A stretch of DNA of 48,928 nucleotides, counting the filler, from Jimgerdemannia flammicorona (lineage: Eukaryota): assembly GCA_003990765.1 (NCBI GenBank). It is 2 parts of 2 records of this genome, joined end to end, with 100 filler letters (N's around TTAATTAATTAA, not from the genome) between each part and the next. Parts side by side here need not be neighbours in the genome. Positions count along the whole stretch, not along the records: positions 1 to 24,414 come from RBNJ01000976.1; positions 24,515 to 48,928 come from RBNJ01000977.1. One strand, 5' to 3'. The translations under genes and the position numbers were made by a program. Under the pieces are notes generated by a model that did not search any database, was not told the DNA's origin, and saw nothing but the letters and a program-made list of their open reading frames with translations. Positions 24,259 through 36,502 of the stretch are shown here, piece after piece; the first letter of the stretch is position 1, and the number at the start of each line of letters is the position of its first letter.

Positions 24259-24380
24259 GACTGCCTAACCCTCATGAAAGATTGCCTAACTCTTATGAAA
24301 GATTGCCTAACCCTTATGATTGATTGCCTAACTCTCACAAAAACTGCTCCACCCACCAGTCTCAGGCCTTGATGAGCCTG
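24259..24380. repeat. Four ~21-bp tandem repeats followed by a candidate hAT right terminus
   Basis: ga(c/t)tgcctaac(c/t)ct(c/t)atga x4. The segment ends ...gatgagcctg, reading CAGGCTC.. on the minus strand (hAT-like). The left TIR is outside the window, so the terminus is unconfirmed. Confidence 0.6.
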
Positions 24381-24414
24381 TCATCCATTGTGAGTATAAC
24401 AACTGTTTTTTTTT

Positions 24415-24514
24415 NNNNNNNNNNNNNNNNNNNNNNNNNNNNNNNNNNNNNNNNNNNNTTAATTAATTAANNNNNNNNNNNNNNNNNNNNNNNNNNNNNN
24501 NNNNNNNNNNNNNN
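24415..24514. other. Artificial contig linker
   Basis: 44 N + TTAATTAATTAA (stops in all six frames) + 44 N, with exactly 24,414 bp on each side. Confidence 0.97.
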
Positions 24515-25075
24515 AGGCCCTACCGAAATATTGTCCGCCCCAGCCCCGATGACTGCCCCCAGCCTGGCACCCCACTGGTTCACCGTAATCGCCCTTCCTC
24601 CTATCTGTGATGGCCATCTCCCCTCCCATCCCGACATCACCTGAAAAGCAGTCACCTACGCCAGAACCGTGCTCGCCGGGAAGCTCGCCAAAGCCAGAGG
24701 GCCCCACCACAGGCACCAAGGACCTGCAGGTAACCTACACTGAGCACTTGACGCCCAAGGTCGACCGACTCCCTACATAGCCCGAGACACACCGAGACAG
24801 CACCTTGTTGATGATGGCAAAAGGAAGAAGGCGCCGCACCAAAATGGATGCACTCCAGATGCAGCCGAAGACACCAGAAACCACGAAAAAGTGGAGAAGA
24901 CACCGATCCGACACCGATAAAGGGGCAACTCATCACCATTGCCCTCCTCCCACCATGCCCCTGCAGGCACAGCAAACCAACCTGAGGTAGAGGGGGTAAT
25001 AATAGGGGAAAGGGGACTCAGAAGGTCGCCTACCAAACCTTGTGACCGATAAGGTAGCGGAGAAAGGAGCGTGAC
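24515..25075 (-). mobile_element. 5' half of an unclassified, apparently non-coding interspersed element (copy S1)
   Basis: Reverse complement of ~47778-48336 with the same 5' boundary GTCAC(GC)TCCTTTCTCC. CpGs are largely retained. Confidence 0.8.
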
Positions 25076-25412
25076 TAAGCTGGCTTGCTGTTCACTCTAG
25101 CAATCTGCTCAAAAATCTCCAGATCATAGATATCATCACTATATAGACTGTATTATACTTATGCATAGCTTATTCTTAACAGTATTTCTAAAGTTCTGAT
25201 AAGAGTATATAATCTTATATATCTCTGAAAATTTAACAAAAATAGATTAGTAAAGAAAATCTCAAAAAAGAAGACAAATATAGAGGATTTCAAAAAAAAA
25301 AACTCTGGAGAATCTACTCTTTATCAATATTGTAATATATCTAATTTCTATCTAAACTTCCCCTCTTTGCTTTTTATGCTTTCTCTTTTCCACTAACTAA
25401 TATATGATACAA

Positions 25413-25928
25413 TTAGTGCTCCGAACGAGTCAATCCGGATGGGATTCGGATGGATTTGAATCAACCATTGTTTTGATTTCCAAATTGAACAATTAAATGT
25501 TTACATCAATAACTCGATGAATAATCATCCAAATTTGATGATCTTGGTGTCATTTGAAAGCCCTTAATAAGGCTTTTCTAATGATATCAAGAACATTAAA
25601 ATCAGATTACACATTGCCAAGATATTAAGGAAAACGTTCTATTTGACGAAATTTCCAAAATCGGCGATTCAGACGGTTTCCTTCATAACTCAGCAACGCA
25701 TGATTGGATTTCAATATTCTTGGTATCATTAGATAGGCCTTATTAAGGGCTTTCAAATGACACCAAGATCATCAAATTTGGATGATTATTCATTGAGTTA
25801 TTGATGTAAACATTTAATTATCTAATTTGGAAATCAAAACAATAGTTGATTCGAATCCATCCGGATGGGATTCAATCCAAATCAATCCGAATCCAATCCA
25901 GATTAAATTGACTCGTTAGGAGCACTAA
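25413..25928. mobile_element. Palindromic MITE (~515 bp) with two internal hairpin modules
   Basis: TIR TTAGTGCTCC(G/T)AACGAGTCAAT, with arms pairing over ~240 bp and subterminal AATCC/GGATT repeats. TSD not resolved. Confidence 0.9.
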
Positions 25929-25943
25929 GCACTGGTATTTTGA

Positions 25944-26140
25944 TGTGACACTAAATTATACCAGTATCCTGAATCTGTACAACCATCAGTGCTGACCCTA
26001 GAACTTAGTAGTTTTAGTTATTGGAATTTATATTTAGCTTTATATCTTAGCAACCATTGAATTATATTTTGTATAAATACCCCTCTTATTTCCTCTGAAA
26101 TAAAGTCAGTTCTGGTTTCACTTACACACACTTTCTTACA
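25944..26140 (+). repeat. Possible solo LTR remnant
   Basis: TGTGAC...CTTACA with TATAAATA followed by AATAAA, as in the Gypsy-1 LTR. No TSD or partner found. Confidence 0.4.
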
Positions 26141-26175
26141 AGCAATCTAAGAGATAACAAGATAGTTTAAAGATA

Positions 26176-26442
26176 TGTAAGAAATTTGAGGACTATAAGA
26201 TCTTGGAAAGGTACTCTAATAAGAACTTGCTTATAACAAACTTGAATTAGTCTAAGAGATATATCTTGAAGAGAATCTGGTGTATTTGAAGGACTCAGCA
26301 ACCACTACATGATACTAGCTAAATAAGTACTAGTGGATGCTCGACACCAAGAGAGGATTTCTAAGTATTTGGAAAGTACTGGAAGGTCATAGAATATTGA
26401 AAAAAGACAAAAAAAAGAAGTAAACTATGCTAAAATGTTACA
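26176..26442 (-). repeat. LTR related to the Gypsy-1 LTR (solo or remnant)
   Basis: ~26310-26442 is the reverse complement of the first ~135 bp of the Gypsy-1 LTR. The rest is unrelated but ends in TTACA. No adjacent PPT or PBS. Confidence 0.75.
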
Positions 26443-26523
26443 AATTATATAGTAAGCCTACAGTTAGTAAATCTATAGTAGATATTCTACTAAGGTGAGT
26501 TTTTCTTAGTATATCTAAATCTA

Positions 26524-27461
26524 TTTTTTATTTTTTTTATTTTTTTTTATAGTCTCTTAAACTTCACTATTTATTATCAGTCTATTTAATATAAATATAG
26601 TACTCCAGACCACCCTCTTGCCCCCTACTTCATTCCTCTAGTAGGATCTCCCTCTACATCCTTATGCTTGAAGACTATCTTACTATCTACTACTATGACT
26701 CTCCTCTTACTCTGCTTATAGATCTTCTCTACTAAATAGCACTAATAACCCCCTTATAGCCCCTATTCTATCTACTAACCCATCAAGACATCCACTATCA
26801 ACCCTTCTTATCTAGCTAGTTACTCTTCCAAACTTAATTACCTCTCTTCCTCAAAAACAAATAGTTAGTGTCTAGCCCACCTATATAGCCAAAGTCTACC
26901 CAACTATGAGTCACTCATTACTAACCCTCTCCCCACCAATCTATCTCTCAAGTCTCCTTATCTATCTCATTCATCTACTCTCCTCCTCACTACACTCAGT
27001 TGAGTCCTAACTACTAATCAAAAGTCTCTAAGTATCTCATACTCCCTAAGCCAATATTCAAACATCTATATAAAATCCCCTTCCTGCTCTATATTATAGC
27101 ACTCCTCACACTCAAATTGATCCCCTTCTATAAGGTGATCTGAGTGAAAGCTGAGCACGATATTTCTCCTCAGGAAGTATCACTATATTATCTAGAACTT
27201 AGGTAGTATCCAATACTACACCTCTATACTCTAAGTCCAGATTCTATTCTAGTTCCACTTCTTCTCAATACCTGCTATCTGCTAGCCACTAGATCATATA
27301 TCCTATTCAAATCCTCTCTGGTACTCTACTCTATCACCAATGCTGAAATCAATTAGCAGAGTATTCTCCAACAATATGTAGTTCTATCTCCACATTACTA
27401 GACCCTATGGTATCTCTCTCTCAGCCCTCTATCAGCAAAGACCAATATGATATACTCCATC
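26524..27461 (-). mobile_element. 5'-truncated, heavily decayed LINE 3' fragment related to family A
   Basis: Poly(A) at 26524-26548. Colinear with 1-~910. TSD tatatctaaatctatt at 26510-26525 and 27462-27477. Confidence 0.9.
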
Positions 27462-30400
27462 TATATCTAAATCTATTAAAGGCAGGCTCTATTGATTTTT
27501 CAGAACTAAGATAAGAGAACTAATAGAGTTTAGAAAGAGCTAAGAATAAGAGTCTGAAGATAGTGGACAATTTTTTAATTTATTATATAGATAATAGATA
27601 TATCTTGAGACAATTGATATAAACTGAGATCCTCAGAGTTCATCTATCTATACTTTTTATATAGATATTAGTTTCTCTAATATTATATATAAATTAAGAT
27701 TCTTTCTATTTGAGCTCCAGTTTGATAGTAAAGTTTATTTCAATCTTACTATCTTCTGATCTTTCTACTTCTAGTTATAATATTTTTTTGTCTTTTCTGA
27801 GCTTTAATTATCTGAGCTTAGGCTTGATTATATAATTGTTCTGTCTTTTTGAGGAGATCTCTAAGGTTCTTATAATTAGTAGTTCTAGTCTTCTTGATAA
27901 ATATTATCTAAAATGACTTTTATTTAATAGAGATAATAGGAATATTTCAAATTTTCCATAAGATTTCAAGTAAGTAAAGATCTCAATTAGTAAGATTGAC
28001 TTGAGTAAGTTCTTTTTTTAATAGTCTGATTTATTTATTCTGTTATACCATTGGTTTAAGAGTGATATAATATAGTATATTTCAATTAGATTATGTGAAT
28101 TCAAGTATAACTTATGATTATATTATTGATAAATTCTGTGTCTCAATTAGAGATAAGTTCTTCTGAGAGATAATATCTAAGTATGAGGTCATAGAGGAGA
28201 CCAACAATGGTCAAGACATCAGCAATTTCTATTAAAAAAGCTTTAGGCTATTTGATTAGATATTCTACAAATATTAAGATATATTTATTTTTTAATATAA
28301 CTGGCAGAGGCCTAATAACATCTACTCTCTATCTCTGAAAAATGTAGATTAGTGATAGAATTAGTTATAGTGATGCTTAAAAGTTCTTCTTTTTTTGATA
28401 CTTCTGGCAGATGTTATATTTTTTGAGTATATTTCTGATTTATATTTTGAGATTAGATTAATATTAGTATATTGTTTATAGTTTTTTTTTTCCATATTTA
28501 TCTGTCCTTAGTGGACTTTCCGGTATTCTTATCAAATGAGGTCTTCTTATACTCTAGCAGTTATAAAAACTTTCTTTAGAATATAGTTTTTTGATATATC
28601 CTTCTTTTGATTTATTAGAGTTAGTAGAAAAGTATATTAATATTGTTATAGACTTTCTCTACTTTATGGATAATAGTGATTTTATAATTCTATAGGATCA
28701 GAATCTAGTAGACTAGAATTTCAGTAAGTTCTTTATAGTTAAATAGCCATTTGAGGATAGTATGGTTAGTTATTAGATTAATTTTTTTTTAATAAGATAG
28801 TACTTGAACAAAGTGACTATCTATATCTATAAAATATTTTAGTTTAATACTACCATTATTGGCTTACTATCTTAGCTTATATAAATAATTATATAATATT
28901 ATTAGTCAGATCTTTTTTGGACTAAAACTACTCTAAGACTATCTTTAAAGATATTTATATATAAAATGAATAGTTTTTATAGATTGGATCATACAAAGAC
29001 TAGTACTATAGTTATATAGTATTTGAGTTCTCTGAAGGCTAGTTCTTATAGTTCCATTATTTGTATAGTACTTCTTTCTTGAGAAGAGTTCAAATTGGAG
29101 TAGTAATTTAGATAAAGTTCTTAATAAATCTTCTATAGTAAGATATAAATATCAAAAATGATAGTGTTTTCTTCAGAGTTTTAGATATTGGTCAGTTGTT
29201 AATTTTTTCAGTTTTCTTGAAATCTGTATGAATTCCTTTTTTAGAAACTATGAATCTGAGAAATTCAAGTTTCTGTTTTCAAAGTAGTACTTCTTAATAT
29301 TGAGTCTCAGATAGTTCTTATGGGTGAGCTGAAAGAATTCTTCTAAGTGATAAAGATATTCTTTAAAATTTACTAAGTAGATATTAGAATCATCTATATA
29401 TATAATTAGGCAGTAGTAGATAAGTAGGGCATAGACTGAGTTTATTATTCTCTAGAAGGTTGGAAGTATATTATAGAGTCCAAAGAGTATTCAGAGGTAT
29501 TCAAAAAAAATTTCTAGAATAAAAAAGGCTGTTTTCTATATATTCTTGAGATCTTATAGAATTCTATAAAAAGATCTATATTATTTATAATCTAGAAGAT
29601 CATCAATTTTGAGCAAAGAGTAGGTATCTTTTTCTATCACTGAGTTGAGCTTTCTGTAATCTACATAGAGTCTTTATTTTTCTTTTTTAGATATAATAAG
29701 TATAAAGCTAGCCCAGAGGCTAGTAGAGGATCAGATAACTCTATTGTCCAAGAGTTTCTGAATGTATTCCTTCTTAAATATCTTTAGATAATAGAGTATT
29801 CTATAAGACTTCTACTAGATGGATATTATATTTTCTGTATTTATATTATAATAGTATAATAGATTATATAGCAAATTACTATAATCTATAATAAAGATGT
29901 TCTGGTATTTATGAAGAAGTTTTATAGTTACTATTGTTGCTGAGATATCAATTCTTCTTTAATATTAGTAGAAGGTTTTCTCTTAGATTGTAGAAAGGTC
30001 TTTTCTTTTTTCTGAGATCTTTTATTATTTCCTGATAGATTTAGTTTATATATTTCTCTATATGTCTAATTGAGATAGAGTATCTGATGGTCTATGATAT
30101 ATAGTTTCTTTTGGCAGAATGAGGCTATTCCAGTCTTAGTTAGTTGCTTGAAAGTATACAGGATTCATTTTATTAGAAAATATATATCCTTCTATATTCA
30201 GATTCTTGGGATCCTTATTGAATTTCAAAGAAGAGGGTTCTAGAATCAGATAGTATAAAGATTTTGAATATAATCTGCTCTCCTGGTTCTAGGATAAGGT
30301 TTTTATATAACTTGACTAATTAATAGTATATTTACTGAGAGATATCTTTTTTAAAATAGTTGATCTGAAGGAGATATACTTCTTTCTTATCTAAGCTTCT

Positions 30401-30664
30401 AAATTCTTTAGTTTATCTTATATCTTGAGTCAGTTTGGAGACTTCTTATAGTTGGGAAGTCTAGACTTTTATGAAGATTACTTGTACAATCTTTTACTCT
30501 TTATAGATTCAGTTTTATTCAATATTACTATTATTTAAAATAATTCTGATTTTACCTATATATTCAGAATCTATTGTTTTTCCTTCTATAGTTATTTCTT
30601 ATCTAGCAATTTTAGACCTTGATATCAGCTAAATGTAAGTTTCTTTAGATAACTATATAGCTAG

Positions 30665-30739
<75 letters not shown>

Positions 30740-30798
30740 GTCCCTTGGACTCCATCTTTATTACCAGTCTATGAATAAGTATACAATATCACCACCCA

Positions 30799-33700
30799 CT
30801 ATCCGATCCCCATCGGGTGGTCCCACCCCACCTCATCACATATAAAGACCACTCTCTCACCAACAACTCCAACTCTCCCACCACTCTGAGCACAGATTTT
30901 CACCACCAAGCGGCACCTCCAACCCCCCTGCAGCCCCCAACCAAGCCACCAGCCTGTCAAGGTATCCTCCATAAGGAACTGCCACCTTGCTAACCGGCTC
31001 CCCAAGCTCGGTCGCTTCTTCTCCTCAAATACAAATAGCCAGTGGTCAGCCAGCCCAACCCAAATAGCCAATACCCAGCCTAGAGTAATCCACTCTTCCC
31101 CAACCCCTCCTATCAATTGATCCCGCAGGTCCTCCCACCTCCCCCGTACATCATCACCCCTACGTCTTACCCCCAAGCGGTCCCCAACGACCTGCCAAAA
31201 GTCTCCCAACACCTCACACTCCCCTAGCCAATGTTCCGGCATCTGTACCAATTCCCCTTCCTGTCCGACATTATGGCACTCCTCACAGTCAAAGCAGCCC
31301 CCTACAACAAGGTGTCCTGAGTGGAAGTTAAGCATCACATTCCTCCTCAGTACACACCACCAGACTATCCAGTACTTCGGCGGCATCCAATTTTTCACTG
31401 CGGCACTCCAGGTCCAAACCCCATGCCAGTCCCACTCCTCACCAATTCCAACTCCTTGCCAACCACTAGGCCACAGATCCTGGCCAGGACCCCTTTGGCA
31501 TTCGATGCCATCACTAATGTTGAACTCCAGTAAAGGCATGCCTCCCAGAAGAATGCTATCCCATCTCCACATTGCCGGGTCCCAAGCCCTCTCCCCCTCA
31601 TCCCCTTGCCAGCGAATACCAATGTAGTGTGCCCCCTCGGCTATTCCCCACCAGAAGCCTTTATATCTCAGTTGCGCAGTGTTCTGAAGCCCAACTAATG
31701 AAAGAAGATCACCAGTCAAGCCTCTAGGCGATGTCCGCCTCTCCCATATCTTCTGCAGCAGGGGGACCCAGCCCCTCCATGTAACTCCACTGCCCTCCTC
31801 AGCCACCAAACCCTCAAGTAGTGTAGTCATTTGGGGAAGTCCACCAGCCCAAGACCACCTCTTGCCACCAGTAGTGACAAAGTCTCCCAACCAATCTGAC
31901 TCCATCTGCCAGCCCAAATCCATCCCTTGGCCACCTTCATCAATCTCTTCACTACCCAAGCTGGGAAGTCCAGATGATAGGCCAAATACCACAGCTTTGG
32001 CAGCCAGTATACATTCAAAATCGAGATCCTTCCTGCCAGAGAGAAGTGTCAACCCCCCCAACCCTGTAGGTCCTCCTCCCAAATTCCAATCCTCTGCTCC
32101 CACCACAGCCTGGACAAAACAGACCCATAGACCGACAAATAGATGCCCAAGTACCACACTGCCTCTCCGGTGGGGACAATTGTTCCAATAACTTCTCTGC
32201 CCACTAAGCCATTGCCCAGCACTATTGTTTCGCACTTGTGCCAATTCAGCTTTGCCCCAGAGTTCTCCTCATACCACTCCACTGTCTTCCAGAGCTTCTC
32301 GACATCCGCAGTCACTCCCAAACCAACCACCATGTCGTCTGCAAAGGCTCCAACCTTCCAGCCAATGCCATAGATAGAGAGCCCCATGATCTTCCACCAA
32401 ATTCTGTCCATCAGAGGTTCCAAGGAAAGAGCATACAAAATGGGAGACAGTGGGTCCCCCTGGGGCACTCCCCTACCCAGAGGGAAAGCCACCCCTCGAT
32501 GCCCATTGCACACGAGTGCAGCCCTACTCCTTTCCAGTAGGCTGACCATTGCCAACTGAAATGGGCCCGGAACTCCAATTCTATCTAATACTTTCGCCAG
32601 CCAGACTCGCCACACCCGGTTATAAGCCTTCTCTTGATCCAAGAAGACAAGACGCCCATCTAGTCCACAGGCTCGAGCACCTTCAATAACTCTATATACC
32701 CAGGCTATACCATCTCTAATAAGCCGACCCCCTATGAAGCCCCTCTGCTCAACACCCACAATTTGCTGGACTACCTTCTGTAGCCTTGCGACCACCACCT
32801 TAGTCACTAACTTCCTGTCCATATCTAGCAACATTATCGGCCACCAGTTCTTCCAATCCTCTCACCTTCCCTTGTTCTTATAAAGCAGCATCACCAGCCC
32901 AAGGTCTTACTCCCCCACCCATCTCCCTGACTACAATATAGAGTCACACAGTGCTGTCAACTCCCCCAATATGCCCGGGACTCTAACCATTTGCTTCCAG
33001 AAGTCCCAAGGGAGGCCATCCTCCCCAGGCGCCATACCCGAGGCTGTCGTGGCAAGAATCTGGTGGATCTCATCCTCCTTTACAGGCATCACCAGGTCAC
33101 CTAGTCTCTCAGCTTGTGGTAGGTACCAATCTTCTAATGTTTGGTCAATGGCTATAGCATCTACCCCACCCTCCTTCTCACTCTACAATCTACTCCATCG
33201 CGCCTTCAGCATTCCAAGGATGTCCTGTACACCATGCACTAGTACATCATCCGAGCCAAGTACCCCTTCCCACCACTGCTGTACTCTTCTTGCTCAAAGT
33301 GTCCTTGTGAGAAACTTGGAAGGCCTCTCCCCTTCCTCCAGCCCCTGCCAATGAAGCTGTGCCACCAGGCCTTGCACCCTTGACTCTTCCTCTTCCCGCA
33401 GCACCTGTTGCAGTTCCCCAACCTCCATCTTCACCCTCGTTATTCTCCAATCCTCTTCTCTCTCCACTGCTGCCAGTCTCGCCTACTCCTCCAGGAGCCT
33501 AGCCAATCTAGTAGAAGCCCAATGCACTTTCTGCCTTCACTGCTTCCCAGCCACTCTGCCAGCCTCGCTCCAATATATTCTGGCCATCTCTTTCATCCTC
33601 ATCCACCAAACCCCAATCACGGCCCCTTCCTGCCACCAATTCACCACCTTCAGCTGAATGTCTTTTGCCCACTCCTCCCACTGGGCCTCATCATCCAACA

Positions 33701-34481
33701 AGGAGGAATTTAGGTGCCAATGTCCAGGCCCATCCCTACTTCCCCCAAAACACCCCTGTCCCAAGAGGCCCCAGTGATCTGACCATAGACACTATTCTAC
33801 CTCTAACACCTTCCAAACATTGCGGCCCCAACAGTTGGCCATCAGAATCCAGTCAATCCTTGTCCCCAGACCTCCAGCCCAATGTGTATATATCCTCCTG
33901 TCTCCCCAGTACTCCCTACCAGCATCCACCAGTGCTCCTAACCATTCAACCTCCTCCCACATCGCTAACCCCCCACTCCTGCTCTCCGCACCCTGTCCTC
34001 CATCAGTTCTATCCAGCCGTACATCCCAAACCATATTGAAATCTCCTCCAAGCATATCCAACCCAGCTTCAGTAAGGATCCCACTCTCCAGGAGCCCTTT
34101 CACCCAATCCACATACTCCCTCCGTACAGCAGGGCAGTAACAGAAGCCAACAGTGACTGGCTCCCAACCTGCAAGAATCCACTCACCCCAGACCAGTCTC
34201 TCCCCCCAGCTCCTCACATCCTTTATCTCCCCTCTGCCTTTCCAAACCAGAATTCTGACCTTGCTGTTCCAAATTGCCATACCACCCCATTCCTTAATCC
34301 ATTCTATCCTATCAGTATCATCCTTGCACCTGACATCCTGCAAGAGGAAGAGATCAGCCTCCAATCCCTTCAACCAAATAAAAATGTTCCTGTGTCGTAC
34401 CATGCCCCTCAGCCCATTCACATTCAAAGAAAAAATGTTGGTTGTACTGTTTATAGTAAAATATGGTTTATTCTCAATCAA
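30799..34481 (-). pseudogene. LINE A3 ORF2 (APE-RT-Cys/His), disrupted
   Basis: Same motifs as 69-3752, including FADD and CFDCEEC..EHWLGEC. Confidence 0.94.
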
Positions 34482-34484
34482 TTC

Positions 34485-36502
34485 CTACTGCTCCATGTCC
34501 CTCTCCTCCTGTGCTGTGTCCAGATTATGTTCAGCCATCACCTCCTCCTCTTCAGCCCTCTGAGCCTCCAGTCCAGCCAACAGCTCATTCATCTCCTCAT
34601 CAGCCTTCTCCTCAAACTCCTCTCAGTACTTGATGCAAGTCTCTTGCCAAAGCTGCAACCCATGTCGCCTGTTCCAACAATACTCAGCCTTCTCCCCAGT
34701 GACCACCGCCAACTCTGCCTCTCTCTCCTTATCTACCTCATACCCTTCCTCCTCCAGATACACCACGAGAATTTCTGCCTTCAGTGCCATCATCACTCCT
34801 TCCTCCTGCAAAATTCTCGTCCAGTGCTTGTCACCCATCCCATGCAAGTCCACCTCTCCCAGCTCTTCTGCTGCCAGGTTTTTCATCATCCGGCACATCC
34901 AAAGTAGGTTCCCCACCTCCTTTCCACCAGGGGTCACCGGCCTTCCTTCATCCAGCATCGTGGTGTCAGCTCCTGCACTTGCGTCCTCATCCCATACCTC
35001 TGGGATATCCACCAGTTCCTCCTCCCCTGCCGCCACTACTTGGTCCCCATCCAATACCTCCAGAATGCTGAATTTCACCTACTGGGTCCCCAGCATCATC
35101 ACGTCCTCCCCAGACTTATTCCTGGAAGCCAGGCCACGCCTGATAAGAGGGGAAGGGGTGGGGGAATTCTCCCAGACTTCATCCCAAACCTCCAAGGTGC
35201 TGTCAGTATATAGGTCACTAATCTTCGCCTCCTTAGCCTTCTCTGACTTTGCCCCATTGTTTCCACTCCTCTCACCAGCCCAGACACTCACTCCGGCCCC
35301 TTCTGCACCTGTCTTCATGCTCGTATCCTTCTGTGGTCCACCCCCCAGCTTAGCCAGCAGATCCTTCTGCCTCTTCCACCCCTGAGCCCTTTTCCACTGC
35401 ACCTTATCCACTCGAATTCTCTTTCCATCCACCACCTCCAGGAGCATCGACTCTTCGAAAGTCTTTCAGGCCTTAGCTCGCCGTTCCACAGCCCCATCCA
35501 GCTCCTCCAGCGCTTCCAATAAATCTTCCTCCTCTTCTTCACTTCCTTTCACCCACGTCACCTTGCACAGAAAAGCTCCCCAGACCAACACCAAAGACCA
35601 GTCCCTCATCTTCCCAGTAGCCTCTTTCTCAGCCAGCTGAATCCTCCAGTCCTGAGTGTGGTCTCTTCCCAGACCCTGAATCCGATATCCACCACCTCTC
35701 CATACTCCGCCATGACATCCTCCACTCTCTTCCTCATCTCCATCGCCATCACCATGGGTACTCCCTTCACCAGCAGTTGGACCACCCTCAGATCCCATTT
35801 CAGACACCTTGTCATCAGAACACACACCTCCCCAACCACCAACCCAACCTTCAGCGCCTCCTCCAGTGGTTCAACCTCCTCAAATCCCACCTCCACCCCC
35901 TCTAGTCCCTTCAGAAACTTCACCAAAGCCACTCCCACCACCTGCTTAGCAATAAGCCCCAACACTATTTTTGCCATCACCACTAAGCCCTGGAAGCGCA
36001 GTGTGACTATGAACACTGAGATCGACTTCTTGAGTAACGGAGCCACCACCAGTCCTGTTACACCATCTGCTAGGTCCCCGGGCCTTGTGCCCTTCTCACC
36101 ACTCGGCTCACCATCAGCAGTCCCATCTAGATTTTTTTCCAGATCACCTGTTACACCCCCATCAGCAGTCCCCACCCCAGCTGCTACCCCCCCAGCTCCA
36201 CTCCTATGGCCTGCTAGAGAGGTACCCCCAAGAGATTGCTGCCTGGAAGCTGCCACCAGTACCTTCCCCCCTCTCAGCCAGCTCTCCAGTCCAGCTCCCT
36301 GCTGACCCCCCTTCACCTTTTCCACAAAGCTCACCCTGCCAGACCCTTGACCTCCAGCTCTGCCCCCTCCTCCACCGCGGCCCCCCGCCAGCAGGCCCCT
36401 CATACTTCCCCCCAAGCTGGGGCCTCTCCCCACTTGCTGCCATTCAAACACTCCAGGGCCACCCTGCCCAGTATGCACCTCTGGATGCTTGTTGGTCGCC
36501 AT
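34485..36502 (-). pseudogene. LINE A3 ORF1, disrupted
   Basis: MATNKHP... start, Gly-rich region, SFVEKVK, RRM-like core and acidic C-terminus. Stop TAG at 34485-34487. Confidence 0.88.

Noticed and set aside
24459..24470. TTAATTAATTAA palindrome and ORFs running into it
   Set aside because: Synthetic linker.
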